This document shows, one piece after another, positions 1-12,000 of a stretch of DNA of 64,000 nt. A program made the position numbers and the translations under genes. The stretch lies in the NCBI GenBank assembly GCA_964016885.1, contig OZ024742.1, positions 135,284,001 through 135,348,000 on the forward strand, read 5' to 3'. Position 1 is the stretch's first letter; each line of letters opens with the position of its first letter. The notes beneath the pieces were generated by a model, which saw only the letters and a list, made by a program, of their open reading frames with translations, did no database searches and was not told the DNA's origin. The DNA comes from Eledone cirrhosa. Its lineage: Eukaryota.

Positions 1-3000
1 GGTAGTGATGGTGGTGTAGTGTTGTTACTGGTAGTAAGTGTGGTGAGGTAGAGGTAGTGATGGTGGTGTAGTGTTGTTACTGTTAGTAGGTGTGGTGAGG
101 TAGAGGTAGCGATGGTGGTGTAGTGTTGTTACTGGTAGTAAGTGTGGTGAGGTAGAGGTAGTGATGGTGGTGTAGTGTTGTTACTGGTAGTAAGTGTGGT
201 GAGGTAGAGGTAGTGATGGTGGTGTAGTGTTGTTACTGGTAGTAAGTGTGGTTAGGTAGAGGTAGTGATGGTGGTGTAGTGTTGTTACTGGTAGTAAGAG
301 TGGTTAGGTAGAGGTAGTGATGGTGGTGTAGTGTTGTTACTGGTAGTAAGAGTGGTTAGGTAGAGGTAGTGATGGTGGTGTAGTGTTGTTACTGGTAGTA
401 AGAGTGGTTAGGTAGAGGTAGTGATGGTGGTGTAGTGTTGTTACTGGTAGTAAGTGTGGTGAGGTAGAGGTAGTGATGGTGGTGTAGTGTTGTTACAGGT
501 AGTAGGTGTGGTGAGGTAGTGGTGGTGGTGTAGTGTTGTTACTGGTAGTAAGAGTGGTTAGGTAGAGGTAGTGATTGTGGTGTAGTGTTGTTACTGGTAG
601 TAAGAGTGGTTAGGTAGAGGTAGTGATGGTGGTGTAGTGTTGTTACTGGTAGTAAGTGTGGTGAGGTAGTGATGGTGGTGTAGTGTTGTTACAGGTAGTA
701 GGTGTGGTGAGGTAGAGGTAGTGGTGGTGGTGTAGTGTTGTTACTGGTAGTCAGTGTGGTAAGGTAGAGGTAGTGATGGTGGTGTAGTGTTGTTACTGGT
801 AGTAAGTGTGGTGAGGTAGAGGTAGTGATGGTGGTGTAGTGTTGTTACAGGTAGTAGGTGTGGTGAGGTAGAGGTAGTGGTGGTGGTGTAGTGTTGTTAC
901 TGGTAGTAAGAGTGGTTAGGTAGAGGTAGTGATTGTGGTGTAGTGTTGTTACTGGTAGTAAGAGTGGTTAGGTAGAGGTAGTGATGGTGGTGTAGTGTTG
1001 TTACTGGTAGTAAGTGTGGTGAGGTAGTGATGGTGGTGTAGTGTTGTTACAGGTAGTAGGTGTGGTGAGGTAGAGGTAGTGGTGGTGGTGTAGTGTTGTT
1101 ACTGGTAGTAAGTGTGGTAAGGTAGAGGTAGTGATGGTGGTGTAGTGTTGTTACTGGTAGTAATTTTGTTGAGGTAGAGGTAGTGATGGTGGTGTAGTGC
1201 TGTTACTGGTAGTAAGAGTGGTGAGGTAGAGGTAGTGATGGTGGTGTAGTGCTGGTGTTGTAGTGTTGTTACTGGTAGTAAGAGTGGTGAGGTAGAGGTA
1301 GTGATGGTGGTGTAGTGTTGTTACTGGTAGTAAGTGTGGTGAGGTAGAGGTAGTGATGATGGTGTAGTGTTGTTACTGGTAGTACGAGTGGTGAGGAAGA
1401 GGTAGAGATGGTGGTGTAGTGTTGTTACTGGTAGTAGGAGTGGTGAGGTAGAGATGGTGGTGTAGTGTTGTTACTGGTAGTAGGAGTGATGAGGTAGAGG
1501 TATTGATGGTGGTGTAGTGTTGTTACTGGTAGTAAGTGTGGTGAGGTAGAGGTAGTGATGTTGTTACTGGTAGTAGGTGTGGTGAGGTATAGGTAGTGAT
1601 GGTGGTGTAGTGTTGTTACTGGTAGTAAGTGTGGTGAGGTAGAGGTAGCGATGGTGGTGTAGTGTTGTTACTGGTAGTAAGTGTGGTGAGGTAGAGGTAG
1701 CGATGGTGGTGTTGTGTTGTTACTGGTAGTAAGTGTGGTGAGGTAGAGGTAGTCATGGTGATGTAGTGTTGTTACTGGTAGTAAGTGTGGTGAAGTAGAG
1801 GTACTGATGGTGGTGTAGTGTTGTTACTGGGAGTAGGAGTGGTGAGGTAGAAGTAGTGATGGTGGTGTAGTGTTGTTACTGGTAGTAAGAGTGGTGAGGT
1901 AGAGGTAGTGATGGTGGTGTAGTGTTGTTACTGGTAGTAAGAGTGGTGAGGTAGTGGTAGTGATGGTGGTGTAGTGTTGTTACTGGTAGTAAGTGTGGTG
2001 AGGTAGAGGTAGTGATGGTGGTGTAGTGTTGTTACTGGTAGTAAGTGTGGTGAGGTAGAGGTAGTGATGGTGGTGTAGTGTTGTTACTGTTAGTAGGTGT
2101 GGTGAGGTAGAGGTAGCGATGGTGGTGTAGTGTTGTTACTGGTAGTAAGAGTGGTGAGATAGTGGTAGTGATGGTGGTGTAGTGTTGTTACTGGTAGTAA
2201 GTGTGGTGAGGTAGAGGTAGTGATGGTGGTGTAGTGTTGTTACTGGTAGTAAGTGTGGTGAGGTAGAGGTAGTGATGGTGGTGTAGTGTTGTTACTGGTA
2301 GTAAGTGTGGTTAGGTAGAGGTAGTGATGGTGGTGTAGTGTTGTTACTGGTAGTAAGAGTGGTTAGGTAGAGGTAGTGATGGTGGTGTAGTGTTGTTACT
2401 GGTAGTAAGAGTGGTTAGGTAGAGGTAGTGATGGTGGTGTAGTGTTGTTACTGGTAGTAAGAGTGGTTAGGTAGAGGTAGTGATGGTGGTGTAGTGTTGT
2501 TACTGGTAGTAAGTGTGGTGAGGTAGAGGTAGTGATGGTGGTGTAGTGTTGTTACAGGTAGTAGGTGTGGTGAGGTAGAGGTAGTGGTGGTGGTGTAGTG
2601 TTGTTACTGGTAGTAAGAGTGGTTAGGTAGAGGTAGTGATTGTGGTGTAGTGTTGTTACTGGTAGTAAGAGTGGTTAGGTAGAGGTAGTGATGGTGGTGT
2701 AGTGTTGTTACTGGTAGTAAGTGTGGTGAGGTAGTGATGGTGGTGTAGTGTTGTTACAGGTAGTAGGTGTGGTGAGGTAGAGGTAGTGGTGGTGGTGTAG
2801 TGTTGTTACTGGTAGTCAGTGTGGTAAGGTAGAGGTAGTGATGGTGGTGTAGTGTTGTTACTGGTAGTAAGTGTGGTGAGGTAGTGGTAGTGATGGTGGT
2901 GTAGTGTTGTTACAGGTAGTAGGTGTGGTGAGGTAGAGGTAGTGGTGGTGGTGTAGTGTTGTTACTGGTAGTAAGAGTGGTTAGGTAGAGGTAGTGATTG

Positions 3001-6000
3001 TGGTGTAGTGTTGTTACTGGTAGTAAGAGTGGTTAGGTAGAGGTAGTGATGGTGGTGTAGTGTTGTTACTGGTAGTAAGTGTGGTGAGGTAGTGATGGTG
3101 GTGTAGTGTTGTTACAGGTAGTAGGTGTGGTGAGGTAGAGGTAGTGGTGGTGGTGTAGTGTTGTTACTGGTAGTAAGTGTGGTAAGGTAGAGGTAGTGAT
3201 GGTGGTGTAGTGTTGTTACTGGTAGTAATTTTGTTGAGGTAGAGGTAGTGATGGTGGTGTAGTGCTGTTACTGGTAGTAAGAGTGGTGAGGTAGAGGTAG
3301 TGATGGTGGTGTAGTGCTGGTGTTGTAGTGTTGTTACTGGTAGTAAGAGTGGTGAGGTAGAGGTAGTGATGGTGGTGTAGTGTTGTTACTGGTAGTAAGT
3401 GTGGTGAGGTAGAGGTAGTGATGATGGTGTAGTGTTGTTACTGGTAGTAAGAGTGGTGAGGTAGAGGTAGTGATGCTGGTGTAGTGTTGTTACTGGTAGT
3501 AGGAGTGGTGAGGTAGAGATGGTGGTGTAGTGTTGTTACTGGTAGTAGGAGTGGTGAGGAAGAGGTAGAGATGGTGGTGTAGTGTTGTTACTGGTAGTAG
3601 GAGTGGTGAGGTAGAGATGGTGGTGTAGTGTTGTTACTGGTAGTAGGAGTGATGAGGTAGAGGTATTGATGGTGGTGTAGTGTTGTTACTGGTAGTAAGT
3701 GTGGTGAGGTAGAGGTAGTGATGTTGTTACTGGTAGTAGGTGTGGTGAGGTATAGGTAGTGATGGTGGTGTAGTGTTGTTACTGGTAGTAAGTGTGGTGA
3801 GGTAGAGGTAGCGATGGTGGTGTAGTGTTGTTACTGGTAGTAAGTGTGGTGAGGTAGAGGTAGCGATGGTGGTGTTGTGTTGTTACTGGTAGTAAGTGTG
3901 GTGAGGTAGAGGTAGTCATGGTGATGTAGTGTTGTTACTGGTAGTAAGTGTGGTGAAGTAGAGGTACTGATGGTGGTGTAGTGTTGTTACTGGGAGTAGG
4001 AGTGGTGAGGTAGAAGTAGTGATGGTGGTGTAGTGTTGTTACTGGTAGTAAGAGTGGTGAGGTAGAGGTAGTGATGGTGGTGTAGTGTTGTTACTGGTAG
4101 TAAGAGTGGTGAGGTAGTGGTAGTGATGGTGGTGTAGTGTTGTTACTGGTAGTAAGTGTGGTGAGGTAGAGGTAGTGATGGTGGTGTAGTGTTGTTACTG
4201 GTAGTAAGTGTGGTGAGGTAGAGGTAGTGATGGTGGTGTAGTGTTGTTACTGTTAGTAGGTGTGGTGAGGTAGAGGTAGCGATGGTGGTGTAGTGTTGTT
4301 ACTGGTAGTAAGAGTGGTGAGGTAGTGGTAGTGATGGTGGTGTAGTGTTGTTACTGGTAGTAAGTGTGGTGAGGTAGAGGTAGTGATGGTGGTGTAGTGT
4401 TGTTACTGGTAGTAAGTGTGGTGAGGTAGAGGTAGTGATGGTGGTGTAGTGTTGTTACTGGTAGTAAGTGTGGTTAGGTAGAGGTAGTGATGGTGGTGTA
4501 GTGTTGTTACTGGTAGTAAGAGTGGTTAGGTAGAGGTAGTGATGGTGGTGTAGTGTTGTTACTGGTAGTAAGAGTGGTTAGGTAGAGGTAGTGATGGTGG
4601 TGTAGTGTTGTTACTGGTAGTAAGAGTGGTTAGGTAGAGGTAGTGATGGTGGTGTAGTGTTGTTACTGGTAGTAAGTGTGGTGAGGTAGAGGTAGTGATG
4701 GTGGTGTAGTGTTGTTACAGGTAGTAGGTGTGGTGAGGTAGAGGTAGTGGTGGTGGTGTAGTGTTGTTACTGGTAGTAAGAGTGGTTAGGTAGAGGTAGT
4801 GATTGTGGTGTAGTGTTGTTACTGGTAGTAAGAGTGGTGAGGTAGAGGTAGTGATGGTGGTGTAGTGTTGTTACTGGTAGTAAGAGTGGTGAGGTAGTGG
4901 TAGTGATGGTGGTGTAGTGTTGTTACTGGTAGTAAGTGTGGTGAGGTAGAGGTAGTGATGGTGGTGTAGTGTTGTTACTGGTAGTAAGTGTGGTGAGGTA
5001 GAGGTAGTGATGGTGGTGTAGTGTTGTTACTGTTAGTAGGTGTGGTGAGGTAGAGGTAGCGATGGTGGTGTAGTGTTGTTACTGGTAGTAGGAGTGGTGA
5101 GGTAGAGATGGTGGTGTAGTGTTGTTACTGGTAGTAGGAGTGATGAGGTAGAGGTATTGATGGTGGTGTAGTGTTGTTACTGGTAGTAAGTGTGGTGAGG
5201 TAGAGGTAGTGATGTTGTTACTGGTAGTAGGTGTGGTGAGGTATAGGTAGTGATGGTGGTGTAGTGTTGTTACTGGTAGTAAGTGTGGTGAGGTAGAGGT
5301 AGCGATGGTGGTGTAGTGTTGTTACTGGTAGTAAGTGTGGTGAGGTAGAGGTAGCGATGGTGGTGTTGTGTTGTTACTGGTAGTAAGTGTGGTGAGGTAG
5401 AGGTAGTCATGGTGATGTAGTGTTGTTACTGGTAGTAAGTGTGGTGAAGTAGAGGTACTGATGGTGGTGTAGTGTTGTTACTGGGAGTAGGAGTGGTGAG
5501 GTAGAAGTAGTGATGGTGGTGTAGTGTTGTTACTGGTAGTAAGAGTGGTGAGGTAGAGGTAGTGATGGTGGTGTAGTGTTGTTACTGGTAGTAAGAGTGG
5601 TGAGGTAGTGGTAGTGATGGTGGTGTAGTGTTGTTACTGGTAGTAAGTGTGGTGAGGTAGAGGTAGTGATGGTGGTGTAGTGTTGTTACTGGTAGTAAGT
5701 GTGGTGAGGTAGAGGTAGTGATGGTGGTGTAGTGTTGTTACTGTTAGTAGGTGTGGTGAGGTAGAGGTAGCGATGGTGGTGTAGTGTTGTTACTGGTAGT
5801 AAGAGTGGTGAGGTAGTGGTAGTGATGGTGGTGTAGTGTTGTTACTGGTAGTAAGTGTGGTGAGGTAGAGGTAGTGATGGTGGTGTAGTGTTGTTACTGG
5901 TAGTAAGTGTGGTGAGGTAGAGGTAGTGATGGTGGTGTAGTGTTGTTACTGGTAGTAAGTGTGGTTAGGTAGAGGTAGTGATGGTGGTGTAGTGTTGTTA

Positions 6001-9000
6001 CTGGTAGTAAGAGTGGTTAGGTAGAGGTAGTGATGGTGGTGTAGTGTTGTTACTGGTAGTAAGAGTGGTTAGGTAGAGGTAGTGATGGTGGTGTAGTGTT
6101 GTTACTGGTAGTAAGAGTGGTTAGGTAGAGGTAGTGATGGTGGTGTAGTGTTGTTACTGGTAGTAAGTGTGGTGAGGTAGAGGTAGTGATGGTGGTGTAG
6201 TGTTGTTACAGGTAGTAGGTGTGGTGAGGTAGAGGTAGTGGTGGTGGTGTAGTGTTGTTACTGGTAGTAAGAGTGGTTAGGTAGAGGTAGTGATTGTGGT
6301 GTAGTGTTGTTACTGGTAGTAAGAGTGGTTAGCTAGAGGTAGTGATGGTGGTGTAGTGTTGTTACTGGTAGTAAGTGTGATGAGGTAGTGATGGTGGTGT
6401 AGTGTTGTTACAGGTAGTAGGTGTGGTGAGGTAGAGGTAGTGGTGGTGGTGTAGTGTTGTTACTGGTAGTAAGTGTGGTAAGGTAGAGGTAGTGATGGTG
6501 GTGTAGTGTTGTTACTGGTAGTAATTTTGTTGAGGTAGAGGTAGTGATGATGGTGTATTGCTGTTACTGGTAGTAAGAGTGGTGAGGTAGAGGTAGTGAT
6601 GGTGGTGTAGTGCTGGTGTTGTAGTGTTGTTACTGGTAGTAAGAGTGGTGAGGTAGAGGTAGTGATGGTGGTGTAGTGTCGTTACTGGTAGTAAGAGTGG
6701 TGAGGTAGAGGTAGTGATGGTGGTGTAGTGTTGTTACTGGTAGTAGGAGTGGTGAGGTAGAGATGGTGGTGTAGTGTTGTTACTGGTAGTAGGAGTGGTG
6801 AGGAAGAGGTAGAGATGGTGGTGTAGTGTTGTTACTGGTAGTAGGAGTGGTGAGGTAGAGATGGTGGTGTAGTGTTGTTACTGGTAGTAGGAGTGGTGAG
6901 GTAGAGGTAGTGATGGTGGTGTAGTGTTGTTACTGGTAGTAAGTGTGGTGAGGTAGAGGTAGTGATGTTGTTACTGGTAGTAGGTGTGGTGAGGTATAGG
7001 TAGTGATGGTGGTGTAGTGTTGTTACTGGTAGTAAGTGTGGTGAGGTAGAGGTAGCGATGGTGGTGTAGTGTTGTTACTGGTAGTAAGTGTGGTGAGGTA
7101 GAGGTAGCGATGGTGGTGTAGTGTTGTTACTGGTAGTAAGTGTGGTGAGGTAGAGGTAGTGATGGTGGTGTAGTGTTGTTACTGGTAGTAAGTGTGGTGA
7201 GGTAGAGGTAGTGATGGTGGTGTAGTGTTGTTACTGTTAGTAGGTGTGGTGAGGTAGAGGTAGCGATGGTGGTGTAGTGTTGTTACTGGTAGTAAGAGTG
7301 GTGAGGTAGTGGTAGTGATGGTGGTGTAGTGTTGTTACTGGTAGTAAGTGTGGTGAGGTAGAGGTAGTGATGGTGGTGTAGTGTTGTTACTGGTAGTAAG
7401 TGTGGTGAGGTAGAGGTAGTGATGGTGGTGTAGTGTTGTTACTGGTAGTAAGTGTGGTTAGGTAGAGGTAGTGATGGTGGTGTAGTGTTGTTACTGGTAG
7501 TAAGAGTGGTTAGGTAGAGGTAGTGATGGTGGTGTAGTGTTGTTACTGGTAGTAAGAGTGGTTAGGTAGAGGTAGTGATGGTGGTGTAGTGTTGTTACTG
7601 GTAGTAAGAGTGGTTAGGTAGAGGTAGTGATGGTGGTGTAGTGTTGTTACTGGTAGTAAGTGTGGTGAGGTAGAGGTAGTGATGGTGGTGTAGTGTTGTT
7701 ACAGGTAGTAGGTGTGGTGAGGTAGAGGTAGTGGTGGTGGTGTAGTGTTGTTACTGGTAGTAAGAGTGGTTAGGTAGAGGTAGTGATTGTGGTGTAGTGT
7801 TGTTACTGGTAGTAAGAGTGGTTAGGTAGAGGTAGTGATGGTGGTGTAGTGTTGTTACTGGTAGTAAGTGTGGTGAGGTAGTGATGGTGGTGTAGTGTTG
7901 TTACAGGTAGTAGGTGTGGTGAGGTAGAGGTAGTGGTGGTGGTGTAGTGTTGTTACTGGTAGTAAGTGTGGTAAGGTAGAGGTAGTGATGGTGGTGTAGT
8001 GTTGTTACTGGTAGTAATTTTGTTGAGGTAGAGGTAGTGATGATGGTGTAGTGCTGTTACTGGTAGTAAGAGTGGTGAGGTAGAGGTAGTGATGGTGGTG
8101 TAGTGCTGGTGTTGTAGTGTTGTTACTGGTAGTAAGAGTGGTGAGGTAGAGGTAGTGATGGTGGTGTAGTGTTGTTACTGGTAGTAAGTGTGGTGAGGTA
8201 GAGGTAGTGATGATGGTGTAGTGTTGTTACTGGTAGTAAGAGTGGTGAGGTAGAGGTAGTGATGGTGGTGTAGTGTTGTTACTGGTAGTAGGAGTGGTGA
8301 GGTAGAGATGGTGGTGTAGTGTTGTTACTGGTAGTAGGAGTGGTGAGGAAGAGGTAGAGATGGTGGTGTAGTGTTGTTACTGGTAGTAGGAGTGGTGAGG
8401 TAGAGATGGTGGTGTAGTGTTGTTACTGGTAGTAGGAGTGGTGAGGTAGAGGTAGTGATGGTGGTGTAGTGTTGTTACTGGTAGTAAGTGTGGTGAGGTA
8501 GAGGTAGTGATGTTGTTACTGGTAGTAGGTGTGGTGAGGTATAGGTAGTGATGGTGGTGTAGTGTTGTTACTGGTAGTAAGTGTGGTGAGGTAGAGGTAG
8601 CGATGGTGGTGTAGTGTTGTTACTGGTAGTAAGTGTGGTGAGGTAGAGGTAGCGATGGTGGTGTAGTGTTGTTACTGGTAGTAAGTGTGGTGAGGTAGAG
8701 GTAGTCATGGTGATGTAGTGTTGTTACTGGTAGTAAGTGTGGTGAGGTAGAGGTAGTGATGGTGGTATAGTGTTGTTACTGGTAGTAAGTGTGGTGAGGT
8801 AGAGGTAGTGATGGTGGTGTAGTGTTGTTACTGGTAGTAAGTGTGGTTAGGTAGAGGTAGTGATAGTGGTGTAGTGATGGTGGTGTAGTGTTGTTACTGG
8901 TAGTAAGAATGATGAGGTAGAGGTAGTGATGGTGGTGTAGTGATGGTGGTGTAGTGTTGTTACTGGTAGTAAGAATGGTGAGGTAGAGGTAGTGATGGTG

Positions 9001-12000
9001 GTGTAGTGATGGTGGTGTAGTGTTGTTACTGGTAGTAAGTGTGGTGAGGTAGAGGTAGTGATGGTGGTGTAGTGTTGTTACTGGTAGTAAGAATGGTGAG
9101 GTAGAGGTAGTGATGGTGGTGTAGTGATGGTGGTGTAGTGTTGTTACTGGTAGTAAGTGTGGTGAGGTAGTGGTAGTGATGGTGGTGTAGTGTTGTTACT
9201 GGTAGTAAGTGTGGTGAGGTAGAGGTAGTGATGGTGGTGTAGTGTTGTTACTGGTAGTAAGAGTGGTAAGGTAGAGGTAGTGATGGTGGTATAGTGTTGT
9301 TACTGGTAGTAAGTGTGGTGAAGTAGAGGTAGTGATGGTGGTGTAGTGTTGTTACTGGTAGTAAGTGTGGTGAGGTAGAGGTAGTGATGGTGGTGTAGTG
9401 TTGTTACTGGGAGTAGGAGTCGTGAGGTAGAAGTAGTGATGGTGGTGTAGTGTTGTTACTGGTAGTAAGTGTGGTGAGGTAGAGGTAGTGATGGTGGTGT
9501 AGTCTTGTTACTGGTAGTAAGAGTGGTGAGGTAGAGGTAGTGATAGTGGTGTAGTGTTGTTACTGGTAGTAAGAGTGGTGAGGTAGAGGTAGTGATGGTG
9601 GTGTAGTGTTGTTACTGGTAGTAAGAGTGGTGAGGTAGAGGTAGTGATGGTGGTGTAGTGTTGTTACTGGTAGTAAGTGTGGTGAGGTAGAGGTAGTGAT
9701 GGTGGTGTAGTGTTGTTACTGGTAGTAAGTGTGGTGAGGTAGAGGTAGTGATGGTGGTGTAGTGTTGTTACTGGTAGTAAGTGTGGTGAGGTAGAGGTTG
9801 TGATGGTGGTGTAGTGTTGTTACTGGTAGTAAGTGTGGTGAGGTAGAGGTAGTGATGGTGGTGTAGTGTTGTTACTGGTAGTAGGTGTGGTGAGGTAGAG
9901 GTAGTGATGGTGGTGTAGTGTTGTTACTGGTAGTAAGTGTGGTGAGGTAGAGGTAGTGATGGTGGTGTAGTGTTGTTACTGGTAGTAGGAGTGGTGAGGT
10001 AGAGGTAGTGATGGTGGTGTAGTGTTGTTACTGGTAGTAAGTGTGGTGAGGTAGTGATGGTGGTGTAGTGTTGTTACAGGTAGTAGGTGTGGTGAGGTAG
10101 AGGTAGTGGTGGTGGTGTAGTGTTGTTACTGGTAGTAAGTGTGGTAAGGTAGAGGTAGTGATGGTGGTGTAGTGTTGTTACTGGTAGTAATTTTGTTGAG
10201 GTAGAGGTAGTGATGGTGGTGTAGTGCTGTTACTGGTAGTAAGAGTGGTGAGGTAGAGGTAGTGATGGTGGTGTAGTGCTGGTGTTGTAGTGTTGTTACT
10301 GGTAGTAAGAGTGGTGAGGTAGAGGTAGTGATGGTGGTGTAGTGTTGTTACTGGTAGTAAGTGTGGTGAGGTAGAGGTAGTGATGATGGTGTAGTGTTGT
10401 TACTGGTAGTAAGAGTGGTGAGGTAGAGGTAGTGATGGTGGTGTAGTGTTGTTACTGGTAGTAGGAGTGGTGAGGTAGAGATGGTGGTGTAGTGTTGTTA
10501 CTGGTAGTAGGAGTGGTGAGGAAGAGGTAGAGATGGTGGTGTAGTGTTGTTACTGGTAGTAGGAGTGGTGAGGTAGAGATGGTGGTGTAGTGTTGTTACT
10601 GGTAGTAGGAGTGGTGAGGTAGAGGTAGTGATGGTGGTGTAGTGTTGTTACTGGTAGTAAGTGTGGTGAGGTAGAGGTAGTGATGTTGTTACTGGTAGTA
10701 GGTGTGGTGAGGTATAGGTAGTGATGGTGGTGTAGTGTTGTTACTGGTAGTAAGTGTGGTGAGGTAGAGGTAGCGATGGTGGTGTAGTGTTGTTACTGGT
10801 AGTAAGTGTGGTGAGGTAGAGGTAGCGATGGTGGTGTAGTGTTGTTACTGGTAGTAAGTGTGGTGAGGTAGAGGTAGTCATGGTGATGTAGTGTTGTTAC
10901 TGGTAGTAAGTGTGGTGAAGTAGAGGTACTGATGGTGGTGTAGTGTTGTTACTGGGAGTAGGAGTGGTGAGGTAGAAGTAGTGATGGTGGTGTAGTGTTG
11001 TTACTGGTAGTAAGAGTGGTGAGGTAGAGGTAGTGATGGTGGTGTAGTGTTGTTACTGGTAGTAAGAGTGGTGAGGTAGTGGTAGTGATGGTGGTGTAGT
11101 GTTGTTACTGGTAGTAAGTGTGGTGAGGTAGAGGTAGTGATGGTGGTGTAGTGTTGTTACTGGTAGTAAGTGTGGTGAGGTAGAGGTAGTGATGGTGGTG
11201 TAGTGTTGTTACTGTTAGTAGGTGTGGTGAGGTAGAGGTAGCGATGGTGGTGTAGTGTTGTTACTGGTAGTAAGAGTGGTCAGGTAGTGGTAGTGATGGT
11301 GGTGTAGTGTTGTTACTGGTAGTAAGTGTGGTGAGGTAGAGGTAGTGATGGTGGTGTAGTGTTGTTACTGGTAGTAAGTGTGGTGAGGTAGAGGTAGTGA
11401 TGGTGGTGTAGTGTTGTTACTGGTAGTAAGAGTGGTTAGGTAGAGGTAGTGATGGTGGTGTAGTGTTGTTACTGGTAGTAAGAGTGGTTAGGTAGAGGTA
11501 GTGATGGTGGTGTAGTGTTGTTACTGGTAGTAAGAGTGGTTAGGTAGAGGTAGTGATGGTGGTGTAGTGTTGTTACTGGTAGTAAGAGTGGTTAGGTAGA
11601 GGTAGTGATGGTGGTGTAGTGTTGTTACTGGTAGTAAGTGTGGTGAGGTAGAGGTAGTGATGGTGGTGTAGTGTTGTTACAGGTAGTAGGTGTGGTGAGG
11701 TAGAGGTAGTGGTGGTGGTGTAGTGTTGTTACTGGTAGTAAGAGTGGTTAGGTAGAGGTAGTGATTGTGGTGTAGTGTTGTTACTGGTAGTAAGAGTGGT
11801 TAGGTAGAGGTAGTGATGGTGGTGTAGTGTTGTTACTGGTAGTAAGTGTGGTGAGGTAGTGATGGTGGTGTAGTGTTGTTACAGGTAGTAGGTGTGGTGA
11901 GGTAGAGGTAGTGGTGGTGGTGTAGTGTTGTTACTGGTAGTAAGTGTGGTAAGGTAGAGGTAGTGATGGTGGTGTAGTGTTGTTACTGGTAGTAATTTTG